Assembly: GCA_040954595.2 (NCBI GenBank)
Contig: CM082593.2
Span: 4,853,434 to 4,917,433 of the forward strand
DNA length: 64,000 nucleotides
From: Balanoglossus misakiensis
Taxonomy: Eukaryota > Animalia > Hemichordata
Direction: 5' to 3'
Below the pieces are notes generated by a model. The model ran no database searches, had not been told where the DNA came from, and saw nothing but the letters and a program-made list of their open reading frames with translations. Position numbers and translations under genes: made by a program. Each line of letters begins with the position of its first letter. Position 1 is the stretch's first letter. This document shows, piece by piece, positions 1-12,820 of this stretch.

Positions 1-1242
1 AGGATTGAAAATATACAGGGTTTCATTCTCTGGGGCATTTCTCAACTTTCCGGCATCCCGTCCTAATTCGTGTTTCCTTGAACTGGGTTTTGCAAATCAA
101 ATATCACCCTCGATTGAATTCGGCCGCCCTGGATGACAATTACACACCCTCAGGAGTAAAAGCTCATAATTATTCTCAAATTCACCACCAAATTATCGTT
201 TTGGCAATCTCCAGTACCCAATCAAAATTACTATCACCTACATGTATCTATAAACATCAATGAAAAATACCCCCAGATTAATAATTTACGAAGTATTATT
301 TTACAGAAGCTAAAGGGACCGAAGTCTGACTGGCCCGAGGCTGATGTTTCTAGCTGAAAATGTAGGCGTTCATAATTGTGTCAGAATTCACCATCTACCT
401 GGTACCTCTTCAGGCGTGTGATACACTGATTGTGAATGGTGATAATTTTTACAGTGAGTTCAGTTGTTTTTCACAGATGGGAAAATCATGTGCACCAGCT
501 CAATATATGATTTTCCGCTCATTGCGAGATCTCGCGAGATTCGGTTATTACCACAGCAACGGTATGCTAGCCAATGTGGGTATCCCATAATGCATTTCAC
601 CAGTGGAACTTATATCAAATCTGAAGGCAGGGTAAATTGCATTAACTTCTTTTGTCTCCCTGTAATCCAATTTTCCAATCACCCTATCTAAATTACAAGA
701 AGATTATGAAAGCATCATAATTCCGTACTGCCTGAAAGTCTTGGCAAAACAAATCTCTGCGAGTCTAAAATTTCTTACCATTAAAGCATTGTCCCATCTA
801 ACGAAAAACAAATAGCTATACATATTTGTCAGGCTACCTTTTAAAATTTTATTAGTCAAAGAATCCTTTGAGCACCACATGTCTTCGATAAAGCCCACAG
901 TCAACGCGGTCCCTAACCTCAAAGGCTTGTAAAACAATCACAAAAACTCGGCGTACATAAATTTAATGGTGTTCTCTTTCCAAAAGACTTGCTACTTCCA
1001 CTTTTGCTGCTAGGTTACCAGGGGAAGGACCACAAGAACAGTTTGATTGTTTGGTGGACGCTGAAAACAACTTTCGTTATTTACAATGGAACCTCGACAG
1101 AAAAAAAATGCAGAGAGAAGACAGATGCTCTGTTATTTCTCACGGCCCTTCAATCATGCCATTAACTGTAGATGGTTTATACATGTACCATCACTATTGA
1201 CTGTTTCACTTTAAAAGTGAATGGAAGACACCAGTATTAGTC

Positions 1243-1472
1243 GAATCTAGCAAAACTGCTGACGGCATGTTTTTAGCAGCATAACCTTAGCACATTTTAG
1301 CACCTCTTTCATACAAACTCAGCTCAATGCCAACACAAACAGGTACGTGACATGCTAGTGTTAAAACAATACCGTTTGTACTATGGAAATGTTGGTAGAG
1401 AATCATGAGAGTGCTAAGGAAATGCTGGCAGTGTACGTTGCTAGCATAGTGCTGGCATATTATGCTAGATTC
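1243..1472. repeat. Degenerate inverted-repeat element (old MITE-like foldback)
   Basis: GAATCTAGCA at 1243 and its reverse complement TGCTAGATTC ending at 1472; the arms keep matching loosely through repeated TAGCA/TGCTA units. Confidence 0.5.
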
Positions 1473-1521
1473 TACCATAACCGTGAATGTTCTGATTTTA
1501 AAGGTCCAGAAACCTTCATTC

Positions 1522-1876
1522 TTAAAGGGACAAAGTCTCTCTCCAGCTGCCCCTTTTCCATTAATTATGTTTGATACAAGACACCATTTATTTTAATGTA
1601 AATGTGGATATATAGTGAATCAATGATCAACCACACAAAACTTGCATCCCACTTGTATGATATGAGAGTAAAAACTCGCCCAAAATGAATAAATGGTAAA
1701 GAACGATTCTTCATTTTGGCGAGTTTTTTCACTCTCCTGTCTATAAGAGGGATGGTAGTTGTGTGTGGTTGAACGTACATTCACTATTTATCCACATGTA
1801 GAATAAAAAACGGTGTCTTGTATCAAATAAAATTAATGGAAAAAGGGGCTGCGAGAGACAGACTTTGTCCCTTTAA
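1522..1876. mobile_element. Palindromic MITE, TTAA target site, Kolobok/T2-type (copy 1)
   Basis: TTAA-AGGGACAAAGTCT...AGACTTTGTCCCT-TTAA; the halves are reverse-complementary almost to the centre (~170-bp arms); second copy at 39192-39544. A TTAA TSD with AG...CT termini fits Kolobok/T2 rather than piggyBac (CC...GG). Confidence 0.9.
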
Positions 1877-3196
1877 TACTGTCGGATGCTGAACTCCAGA
1901 CAGGAATTTTACTTTGAAAACCAAACAATATTTATTTTAAATATATTGGCCTGGTCAATTAATTTAACACTGAACATCAGCATGCTTTAGGGAGTAGAAG
2001 ACTTGGACTTCAAACTCTGTCTAGAACAAAAACACTGTCACAAATACCACACAGGCATACAGCGTGCAGTCATACACAAACCAACTGCACCCTTGTTTAT
2101 AGAGTGTTTATTTGAGTTTCAGCCAGTAAAAAGTCTAAAAGTGTTCTCACATGGGGTTGCCAATTCTAGCTAAATTAATTTCACACTCACATGTAGCATA
2201 TAGAGTCAAATAAACAACTTTTTTCGCTTTAATAATTATGAAATTTTGGTTTTTACTGATGGATGACTTTTGGGGCAAACAACCAAGTTCAAAGGTCTAA
2301 AGTTCCGAAATTGTTTTCAAGAGTGAGGACTGTGTCACCACAAGTGTCTTTTTAAGAATATAAACACTACCGTAAGGTCAATGTTGATAAGAGGTCACGG
2401 ATGCAGTTAATGCCGGTACAAAAGGAAACAAGTTTGATTTCTTCAGGAAGACAACTTGACCTTGCCTTAAGTTGCCATCAATGTTTATCCTCAAACAAAA
2501 AGAAATCCTGCGTCTCAAAGATTTGATCAATAAAATAAAATGCCTGTTTACACTCTGGAGCACGAACTTCGCGCAGATATTCGTCTCGCGATGAAAACGC
2601 TTGCTCACTTTTCCACGCTACGGGTTATTAAAAACCGCAGGGATGAGGGTTAAACTTATAAACAACGCGGATTGCTTCAGGAACAACACACAGCCAGCGT
2701 CGTACATCAATTTGACATTCGCCATTCAGAGGATGTCAGGAGAAAAAAACGCCCAAGGTCAAATATTTCTCTCAATTATTTCGTGCTTTACTGGTGTGTT
2801 TACTCTGTACACAAACGCCCACAGCAATTTTTACCACTTTCCTGAACCCTAATTTCAACATGAGCCACGGAAGAAATTTGAGCTTTTTATAAAAACTGTA
2901 CTTCCAAAAGAAATTACCTTTTCTTTAATCACCTAATATATGAGGTATCTGCAATTTTCTTACTACCGCAGAATTCATTGCACAGCACACACTTATAATC
3001 CATACTCTATTACGCCAGCCTATTTTCTGTAATACTACTCGAACACAATCATTACGAATCATTTCGGATCTCTTAAAAAAAAAATCCAGAAAATTTCTCA
3101 TTTTGATTTTTCTTTTTCATAACTTTTCACCCATCACCACAGAATGTGATGAGTCGGTGATGGGGATTATATAAGTGTTTCTCGTCTTTGTGGTTG

Positions 3197-3210
3197 GTTG
3201 CCATGGAAAC
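3197..3210. promoter_or_regulatory. RFX X-box motif
   Basis: GTTGCCATGGAAAC matches the X-box consensus GTTNCCATGGNAAC. Confidence 0.5.
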
Positions 3211-3266
3211 ACAAGAGAAGGATGGGGTGTGGGCGGGTGATTCAATAACGATACATATTCTCTTAC

Positions 3267-3365
3267 CTTTGTGGCCGCGTCCACATTGGCGCCTCGTTTC
3301 AGTAACTCTGCCACGATATTGATGTGTCCTTCTTTTGAACTGAGATGCAGTGCATTGAGTCCATT
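3267..3365 (-). CDS. ANK: Ankyrin internal exon (ANK repeat 2): [33 protein letters not shown]
   Basis: 99-nt phase 0-0 exon; acceptor tttctctctcgctttcgcag, donor AAG|gtaaga; near-identical to [14 protein letters not shown]...DSATK of vertebrate ANK1/2/3 and fly Ank2. Confidence 0.97.
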
Positions 3366-4245
3366 CTGCGAAAGCGAGAGAGAAATGCATGAATTTCTAT
3401 AACGTCTGTCCCATTTTAATGGAAATACACTGATATTAGTCAAAAGATCAATTCTTCGCGACAGCAATAATGCAGTAATTTCATAATGGCTGGTGTGAGA
3501 TCAATAGTATATTTAAATCAACGTAGTACAGGCCTCCTTTGTCACTTGTCAGTCTTGAATAATTTTTTATTGATTTTCGATGCATATTTAGAGAACCTCA
3601 AATAATTGCTACTGGGAAGGCTGCTTGTAATTTCACACTCGTGAAGCATAAATTCAAATAGCATGACATAAACCAGAAACTGGTTCCATTTCCCATTCCA
3701 AACACCCCATCTTTCATCGGTCCACTTGAAAATTCACTCCCACCCCTAAATCATGAAGGGATGTTGTTTTTATCAGATCTGGGTCATATACCAGCGATCT
3801 GACCTCAAAAAAACAGGCATGCTTGACTGTGACCTTCTATCAGCAGCGGTCTCAGAAATTCCCTCACATTAATCGCAACCTTGATTAGACTTGGGGGAAC
3901 AAACAGGGCCTTGTTTTTTGTGTTCGTCAGTGCTATGGGAAAGTTTGACAGATGTTAAAAACGGGACATTCAGAACTATCTGCGGTATGTGGCTGTAGTA
4001 TACACGCTACGTTTACCGAAGGTGACACACTTATACCGGTTAAAACCAAGGCTGTGGATATCAAGTACATGTATGCGTTTTTCACCACTACAACAGTGTG
4101 TGTGCTGTCGACTTCACACAGCACAGACACTCAAGAGCGTTTTATCGAATATGCGACAACAGTGTGGACAACTGAAGCCACACTGCAGCCTCGCAAGACA
4201 CGAACGCCAATAAAATCGCAAATGAACGAAAACTGAGCGCAACAC

Positions 4246-4416
4246 CTGTGTTTCGTGGGTATCATCCAAAATGTCATCGAATCCCGACTCGGCGAGGAGT
4301 TGGAACGACGCATCCAAACACTCGAAAATATCATCCAGGATAAAGCTCTTCACAGACCCGGCATCACTGACATCCTTTTCCATATTTTCCATGTTATTTT
4401 CATTCAGCTGCCGCAT
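4246..4416 (-). CDS. Candidate internal alternative first exon of ankyrin (57 aa, acidic)
   Basis: ATG at 4416, open to CAG|gtgttg in phase 0, compatible with the 3365 acceptor; protein-like acidic sequence; CpG-rich surroundings (~4000-5100). The donor is weak. Confidence 0.45.
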
Positions 4417-7150
4417 GGGTAATATAAACACAGGTATTCACGCTAAAAAATATACACACAGTCCCATCCAGAGGTTGTTGCAATCCCAAACTGTTATCTA
4501 TCCATCACTTTTCCCGGTTGGACCGTGCCTTTTCCATATTTTCCACGTCCTTGAAACCGACCGACTTCCAAGTTCAGCGCCTTATCCTTTCCTTCTGCGT
4601 TGCTCCAGTAAAATTCCCATGCTTTTGTTTTTTTGTTTGATATTCGATATTCCTGGTTTGTTCCGTGGGATCCTTGCTTCCTCACACCATATCCACAGAA
4701 ACTCAACCCAGGAAGTAAGCTCTCCGCTGGGAAGAGAAGTCTCGGCACAGAGTTCTCCTCCCTGATAAGATTTGCCCGGCACTAACTACAGCACTATCTC
4801 AACCACACACATGATAGACTTTATGTACACACTCCGCACTCAATTCAACAGGGGCCCATCTAAAAACCGAACTAGGGCATCCCCCCTCTGAGGAAATGGA
4901 CTGCCCCACTTCGATATGGAGCTATTAAAAATTCAACAGAAAATTCTGGGTCTTCCGGGCACCACCTCTGCAAAACACACAGCGTGATCGGAGCATCGAG
5001 TGAGGAGATTTTTCAACGCACGGCTCGAAGATCTGTGACAAGTACAACCAGCTTTCCTGCAGCGGTCATAAAAATAATACACCATATTGCGAGCGGCAGT
5101 AACATTTGACTTACAGCAAACGCTTATTTACAACCCTTTTGCTGAGCCTAGGAGAATTAATTATGCTAATAAGTCTGGGAACCACAGCCTTGTAATTTTA
5201 TTATCCAAATCGCTAATCCCTCCCCCTTTAATTCATGGTTACTTCATTCAAAACACACATACTCACAAACACGCATAAAATATTGCGATTGATTTTTTTG
5301 CTGGTAATTTAATATTTAACAAAATATTCAATAACTAACAAACGGCAAGACAAATAGCGGGTTAATTACATTTTGCAGTCACTAATGTTATTCATTATCC
5401 TGAATACAGAAATAACAATTTGTGGTGGCCTTGTACGTAACTATGACTAGATCTTGATGATGTTCACTTATGTCAGTGAAGATGGTGTTTTCAGGAATAA
5501 AATTAGATATGGTGATTATGTAACCAGACAGCTCTTACACTGCACTGTCAATCCTCTTTCTTTGCTACTCTTATAAAACATAAATGCATCAGTTTAAAGA
5601 TTAGAAATTATTCATTCATTTCTGTTTTTACATCACATCATTATGAATTCATATCCTAAAATATATTTTCAGAAAAAATTTGAACACAATATCGCAGAGA
5701 GATGGAGATGCATGAGATATATATGGAGATAAGGGAATATGAGATCAGAGAGGAAAAATAGGACTTAACCTTGGGGGAGGGGAAGACAAGCAATAGGGGG
5801 AACAAGATGTATGTGAATGGGGAGACACACACTGTAGGAAGACATGAATGTGTGAGTGGGGTTGGGGGAGAAATGAGTTGGGTGAGGGAGTGAGACAGTC
5901 ATTTGATGACCCTACAAATGAGAGGATAGATTATGTGATAGGAGAGAAACAAGAAACAGTAGGAGAAATTCAAAGTCATGAAACTGGAAAAGACACGACT
6001 GAAACAGGGGGAACACATTAAAGTGACACTAACAGATGAAAGCTGATAAGATATTAATCCACAACCATTAAATCGATCCCAGTGCTCATCCCAAACCCTG
6101 ATATCGTTTCACATTTCATTAAATTTGACCAATTACTTGTCATCTTAAACCACAACAATTTTCAACTGGGGGCAACAGCGAGACCTTATCACCCACTCTA
6201 ATCAGTGATTTGTGAGATTTGATATGAAATTCAATGAGTTTGTTCTAGAAAAAGCTACAGTTCAATGTTATGCCTACGGGGCTGCTTTTATTTCCATGAG
6301 AAAGCAATAATTTCATTATTGAACATGCAATATTTTCCTGTCAACAGAGGTATTCCAAGATTGATGGGAGGGCAGTATCACTGCCACAAGACTATCATTA
6401 GATTTACTTGGCGTGTTGGGGATCATGGAATTTCCAATTAGCAAAACCACTGAAGCGCACAGCATCATTCTTAATTAGGTGGTACCACCAGGTTGCAAAT
6501 TACGAGGGACCACAACTAAAACTTTAAATTATTTTCTAATCACAAACTACAGTGACGTCATATAAATTTTGCTATTTTCACAAAAAAACAGACATATTCG
6601 GAGCATAATTTTTCATCATATCTTCCACGAAATCGCTACTGCTTTCAGGCTTCTACCCCGTTGGAGTAATGGTATGCTCCGCGGACGACCTTACGACCCA
6701 TGCAAATTAACATTCCACAACTGCTCCACATTTCTGTCCTCGGCAGTGTTCCCATCATGCATGGCATCCATTAGTTTGATAGCGGAAAGCATAAACAACC
6801 ATTACTTGAAATCGAGTCTGTCCGCATCTGTCCCAGGTCGGGTCTAGGACACGTTGGCTGCTTGTTTTCTGTTGGTCTTGTTGTTCATGAGAGTAAACCT
6901 TGAATGCATTCTACACAAGGATGTTACCCTACCTCATCAACAAACACACTTACGCTCAACTTTATCCGTTAATTAAAGGCTTAAACCAAGGTGGAATTAA
7001 CAAACTTGGGAAGCTTTGGAAAACTATTTGCGAGAGATTTTGGCTTCTTGTCTATAAGCACTGCATAGTCTTGTGGTTTCAGGAAAGCACTCAGTAAGCC
7101 GGTGGATTTAGTACATGTATGCTGATAATAATCTCGAGTGAAACATGTAC

Positions 7151-7246
7151 ATCATTCTTCATCGTCGTCTCCTCCTCCTCACCATCGAGTTGCATCATCA
7201 TCATCGTCGTCACCATCATCATCATCATAAGTAGCACTGCCATTAC

Positions 7247-7290
<44 letters not shown>

Positions 7291-7335
7291 CCACCATATT
7301 CGTCATCGTCTTAACCACCATCGTCATCATTATAG

Positions 7336-7367
<32 letters not shown>

Positions 7368-7431
7368 TTCTTCTTCTTCTTTGATATCATCATCATCATA
7401 AGAAGCAGTACCATTATCATCAATCTTCATC
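7151..7431. repeat. Compound (ATC/CAT)n trinucleotide microsatellite
   Basis: Pure (CAT)n core ~7247-7290, second core ~7337-7366, and degenerate ATC/GTC/TTC flanks; explains the poly-I and poly-M ORFs. Confidence 0.97.
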
Positions 7432-9572
7432 AGTGCCATCCACTTCCCCTATATCTTCATTCTTTTTATCATTACTTTAATTTTCCGGCAATCTTTCAAC
7501 GTACATGTAATCATCTTTCCCACAACCATGCTCAATGTGAAACCATTTCAGGCAAATTAATTTGAGAAGTCTCTTACACACATTTTTCCTCCCCACCATA
7601 TCAATTCATCATCCCATCCACTAAGAGGCACCTGGAAAGCATCGACAAAGCCAACTGCTGTGATATCATTTATCAGGGAATTAAATTTCTACATTCAGCT
7701 GCTTCTAAATCCCCCGAGTTCCATATTTCAGGTTTCAACCTGTAGAGGGAATTGTCCCCAGCTCCCAGACAAATGCACCTTAAACAGCAGCTGGGGTAAC
7801 ACATCTACCCACAACACATTATTTATTACTGTCCATGGGCTAACTTTTGGAAGAGTAGACAGAATCACTTCAACCATGATGCATTTTCATGAAGTCTTTC
7901 CAAAAGTCACTTATACAATGACAAATTGTTGCCAAAAAGCAGATGGGTGTCTTCACTGATAACAAAGCCCTACATCACTTCTCTGGCATCTTTGCAACTT
8001 TTACATACATGTACACTGCCCTCACAGTCCACTCTAAATAAAACTTTCTTTCCTCCCCAGCAGTGCATGATGACACACTTGCATTTCATTGCTCCAAATA
8101 ATTACACAAACAGGTACAGAGTCAGTGACACACGGCTTACAGGGCACACTGAATGGATAGTACATCTTGTTGGCCTTGACTGCACACTGAATCAAATAAC
8201 ATTGTTAGGTGCGTCAATTAGTGGTACGGTACAGCACAGTGGCTTTGAAGCCGTACTTTTCATGAAAGGTAAACACTACCTTTAATAGAAGGCATGCTAC
8301 ATTCATGTATGTCGAACTGACTGGCCTTGAGCATAAACATCAGTGGTGTGCCATACTGCCATAGAGGGCACATGACTGCTGTGTGCTATCTTAGGCCACA
8401 TTGCATCTACTTGTGACAAATTTAATTTCTCTACCAAACCATTCTTTGTGGCCTTACTACAACTTCTATCAATGCAGATGTCATCTTTCCCAATAAAAAT
8501 TTATGTACTCTGAGAATGAGAATAATTTTCGAAGTTGATTTCTGGTTTTGAAGGAATTACGACTGAAGTTGCTGTTTATTCCGGGTATGTGGAAGTACAC
8601 CACATATCAGGAAAATGTCCACCTGACTTGGTTTGAACTCATCATCGGAAATGCTACACCATACTGTAAACAGACGAATGCAGTCTTGGGAGACAGATCA
8701 TGGAAATTCTTCTGGAGACAGGAATTCCAAAAATTGGCGAATACACAAGCGAAGTCAGCCAAGTATTCTGATCTTCTTGTCACGTGAAATCCTCAAGATC
8801 CATCTACCGTTGTCTGGGTATACCAGAGACGGGGCACGTTCAAATATGGGTCAACCACATCATTCTCTTTACTCCTCTTAATCAACAACATCCCTTTTTC
8901 TCTGGCTAAAAGAATAACCACAACATGGTATCCATATTTGAACCGCAGAACCTCACACCACCCACACTCTTCCAAGACTTTATATCAATCAAGTGGGGAG
9001 ATTATACGCTGGTGGAGGCATGTAACCAGCTGAGCTGAGTATAACAGCCAGCCTAGCTGACCAGGCGCTACACCCCAATAGAAAATGGAATGTGTAAAAT
9101 ACGCCATACAGAGTAATACCAGCCTTACATGTATGGCACGAATCTGCCAATTCTTCAAAGTAGGTCAGGTGTAATCTGATGCACAGTATGAACTATTAAA
9201 CATTATATTGGCCATGGGCAACCTGGGGTTATCTAAAGAGTAACGGAACACAGATGCTGTACATTTGGTTGGGCGAGGCTCGGTGAGAATCTTGGTTGTC
9301 ATGCTCACTGCTGAGTCGTCACTGTTGAAATCCTAGGCAACCTAGGGGCATGCTAATCTGGGAGGAAAGCATCGACTGTGACATTGATATTAAATGCTAC
9401 ACCTCCTGACCTTGACATCAAAGTTCAACTCACCTTGCTGGAAGGTCATGGAGCAGAAAAATTTACAAAAGACAATACCTGCTATGATGTTTAGACAAAT
9501 TTGTCTAATCATTTATCAGTTTTGTTTGAAGAGACAGACAGACAAAAACATGAAGACGTGCTCATCACTTAC

Positions 9573-9674
9573 AGCATTACTGGTATTGATGTCCGTACTT
9601 CCTTTCAGATAATCCAGTACCTTCTCCAAGTTGCCAGCTCTTGCAGCCCGCAGGAAACTGGCATTTCCATCCGT
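9573..9674 (-). CDS. ANK: Ankyrin first constant exon (ANK repeat 1): [34 protein letters not shown]
   Basis: Read manually (absent from the ORF track). 102-nt phase 0-0 exon; branch-like CTGAC plus attttcttctcgtcttgcag acceptor, donor GCT|gtaagt; matches [19 protein letters not shown]...DINTCNQ of vertebrate ankyrins. Confidence 0.97.
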
Positions 9675-10780
9675 CTGCAAGACGAGAAGAAAATGACGTC
9701 AGGGAATGTAGTCTAATGTGTCAAAAGTTTCTGTGAAGTTTCTCTTTTTTTCTACAGTAAAACTTTTTTAAAGAAATTAAAGAACTAGATCTAGTAATTA
9801 ATCTTAAAAATTCTGTGAAGGCAAAAAGTGTAACCTCAACAAACCCTGTTTTCTGTGCAAAGTGGATACTTTCATTACAGAAACCACTGAAGCACATATT
9901 ACAGATACATGCTCAATACACATCACATACACTTCATGCAAAAAGCATACAGGTATGTTGTCCTATGAGTAATAGCATCATTATTACACACTTGCAAACA
10001 TCAATGATTTCATTTTGAACTCGTACATGCTTAATGTGGTTCATATACGCAAGGCTTTCATGCGAGGGGTGGAGGTGTTTGGATTTGGGGAGAGGGGGGG
10101 GGGGAGGTAGAACTATGGAGGTGCAGACAGTTTATTCGTTCTGAAGTATGGACTTACAAGAACACTGGGTTGGTCTGCTGCAGGGTCAGAATATGGCTCA
10201 TTCTATGAAGAGATGGTAAGATGATGTTTCCAGTCAAAGTACTGACCACAATCAGCTGACGTTTGCCACAAATGGCAATATAATGCTTAAAAGTTGTTGG
10301 GATGTTTATTTGTTTTCATGTACAAATATGAAGATAAAATGTATATCTTGTAAATTATTTTCTCTCCTAAATCCACCCATTATAGAAGCAGGGGCTGGGA
10401 TATGTATTTGCGAGGGACACCAACCATGCAAGATTCGGGACATTTTCAATGGTGCAATGAACTTTCGTCGATGATACACACGGTACATGTATATTTGCAT
10501 TGCTAACGCTTGTCACATGATCACGTGAAGCAGCTTCCTTGCATAGCGACGGCATGACAGAATACGACGCCCTACGCAGACATTCTGAACTCGGTGACCC
10601 AAGCACAGACACTGAGTGAACTTTGCATGGCTCATCTCAAGACATGCACAGTGCAGTCGCACATTGAACAATACACCATAACGCACTATGGATTCTGTGT
10701 GTGACAAAGTTTAATATACAAACAAAAAAATTGCTGACCACTTTAATATTCAGTTGTTTCAATGGACAGAATAGCATGAA

Positions 10781-10929
10781 TTAAAGGTATATGGTCACAC
10801 CTATGTATGTTAATTTAGCCATTTGAGCATCCTCGCACATAATGAATATGAATGTGGAACAGTGACTTTTAGCAGTCAATTTAACTTCACAAAAGGTACA
10901 CCGGAAAAGAGTTTGTCAATACCCTTTAA
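10781..10929. mobile_element. Small degenerate TTAA-flanked MITE remnant (second Kolobok-like family)
   Basis: Begins TTAAAGGTATATGGTCAC and ends ATACCCTTTAA; the left end resembles 38244 (TTAAAGGTATA..CGGTCAC) and ~51435 (ATACGGTCACCTATGAAAATTTAGCC). Confidence 0.5.
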
Positions 10930-12143
10930 TTTTATTTGAAGAAAGAGAACAGACACAGAGCAAACAGGTGTATTTGGCAGCACTAACCAAACTCATCCAG
11001 TCCATCGAACAGGAGCACACAACAGAATCCAACACATGCAAATGTATTCATGAGTTTCAACAAATCCAAATATCACCGGGTCAAAACCAAAAATTAACTT
11101 CTCACTGACAAAACACACCCTGCGGAATTACCAATGCAACAAGCACCTAGACTCAATTTCATAACAACTGTTCAATAATAAAAATCCCACCTTCACTAGA
11201 CAGTCTAGTACTTCAATAAGTCCTTCACAATACCCAATATCCCTAGCGACACAAGTGTTTCATTCCACAGACTACTTTATTACATGTAGTTATCCTGGTA
11301 ATCCAGACACAAAATTAACCAGATTCCATGAAGTTGAAAAGATTTGCTCATTTGGGAACAGCCCTTTGAGCTTCACCTTGTTCTTTTAGTCAACTCGAAT
11401 GAAGATTAGAGTCTATTTAAGCTATTCTTGCACTCACAGCCACAACTCAGCATTGGTATTATAAAACATATAATCATTGTCATCAAATTGCATTTCAGAT
11501 TTTATTTTCCATTCCATGAAATTCAAGAAGACAGACCATAGCATCCTCTGACACCAAATCAATAATTTAGACTAAATATTGTCACATATTTTCTGGCCCC
11601 ACGAAGAATTAAGTTTCAGGCAAGCTGACAAATGCACTATCTATTAGAAATGTAACATTACATTTTAATGTCATGGAAACAACAAAGAGATATGCCAGCC
11701 CTATTAAATTTTCAAAAGGCTATAAACATTGTGATTCTAATATGAGAGAAAAAATCCAGATGTACCTAAATATTCATGCTACATATTTTCATTAATGTGC
11801 AATTATTCATTAAACCCTAGATCTGTTTTTAGATGTCACAGGTATTATTCAAATGCAATTCCTGCATAATAGATGTTACAACAGCTCTACGCCCTGCATA
11901 TTTTTTTTGTTCATGTCAGCCATAAATCTTTGCTTTCGAGACAAGAATGTAATTATGTGGCCTGATAGCCTCGCCTACAGTGTTCTACTTTGATGTAATC
12001 CTGCATGCAGCAGACAAGTCATACATTGTCTGTCACGGGTTTGAATATAAACCATGTACCATCAGGGAACGCACCCTGGTAGGGCCCCTGGAAACTCATC
12101 GTCTCTTACTCCTCATGCTCCTTGCTCCAATGTCGCTGTTCAC

Positions 12144-12425
12144 CTCATTTTGTGACATCAGTGTGTGTTCTGAAGCATGAAAATGTGCTGAGGGGGCCCC
12201 CAAAATTATACGCGACCAGTGACCTGTACAAAATTGCTGCAATTCAGTCTTCAAATTCTGATATGCGAGTATCTCCACATACATGTACGGACGAGAAATA
12301 TATCTTTTATGCAAATCTGACATAATCTTGCTTGCCAGGTAGTGAGATCCATCTGACTGATTTTCGTCATGCAGTTCATCGTTAAAGTCGAAACTGTGGT
12401 TTTGATCGTTGACAGACGGAAACAT
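12144..12425 (-). CDS. Candidate ankyrin alternative first exon (94 aa, MFPSVNDQNHSFDFNDELHDENQ...MSQNE)
   Basis: Sense-strand ORF with ATG; phase-0 donor GAG|gtgaac (moderate). A competing phase-1 donor A|gtaaga lies just downstream. Confidence 0.3.
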
Positions 12426-12787
12426 GTCCCCTTTTCTTTTCTATCAGTCTGAGTCTTACAATATTCAGCTACAATTTCTTTCACGAAGTTCAAAACCTGA
12501 AGCCTTAAACCCTTAAATCCACTTTTTATTACATCAGGATGCACTACCTTATTATGAAATTTAACCCAGACATTTTTTAATTTGGGTAATTCTTCTGCAT
12601 TTTATGATTTATTAACAGTTTCATTTTGTTGCATCAATCACAGACCACGTTACTCCGGCAACTCAAAGTCTATGATCCATGTTTAAAAATGAACTGATCG
12701 CCAAATGATATTTACCCTGACAACAAGCACACAGACCTTTCTGCTTGCGGAATCTTTAACACACAGTAGCTCACCACAAACACTCAC

Positions 12788-12820
12788 GTCTGGACAAACA
12801 AGTCTCTCTGATAATTGCAT
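12788..12820 (-). CDS. Candidate ankyrin alternative first exon MQLSERLVCPD
   Basis: ATG plus 10 codons, then GAC|gtgagt, phase 0. Confidence 0.35.

Noticed and set aside
530-539. TCTCGCGAGA palindrome (BANP/ZBTB33-type promoter motif)
   Set aside because: Single intronic hit in what looks like degraded repeat DNA, with no associated first exon.
1-3266. Next ankyrin exon (KGNTALHIASLAG...)
   Set aside because: Not found by eye; ORF 2378-2608 is not ankyrin-like, so the exon probably lies beyond position 1.
3117-3467. 116-aa ORF as a complete gene
   Set aside because: Only 3267-3365 is ankyrin-like and bounded by splice sites; the rest is intronic read-through.
4271-4765. 164-aa plus-strand ORF
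   Set aside because: Ser/Phe/Leu-rich with no domain; best explained as the antisense shadow of the purine-rich minus-strand candidate exon and UTR.
7091-7565. Poly-Met and poly-Ile ORFs resembling membrane proteins
   Set aside because: Artefacts of the (ATC)n microsatellite.
8620-8975. Another exon-like region between the constant exons (donor CAG|gtggac)
   Set aside because: The phase-0 frame has a stop and no ATG, the ATG-bearing frame ends in phase 2, and the donor is weak.
10158-10201. ATG...TT|gtaagt first-exon candidate
   Set aside because: Phase 2, out of frame with the ankyrin exon; shows that such patterns arise by chance (also the phase-1 cases near 22141 and 24917).
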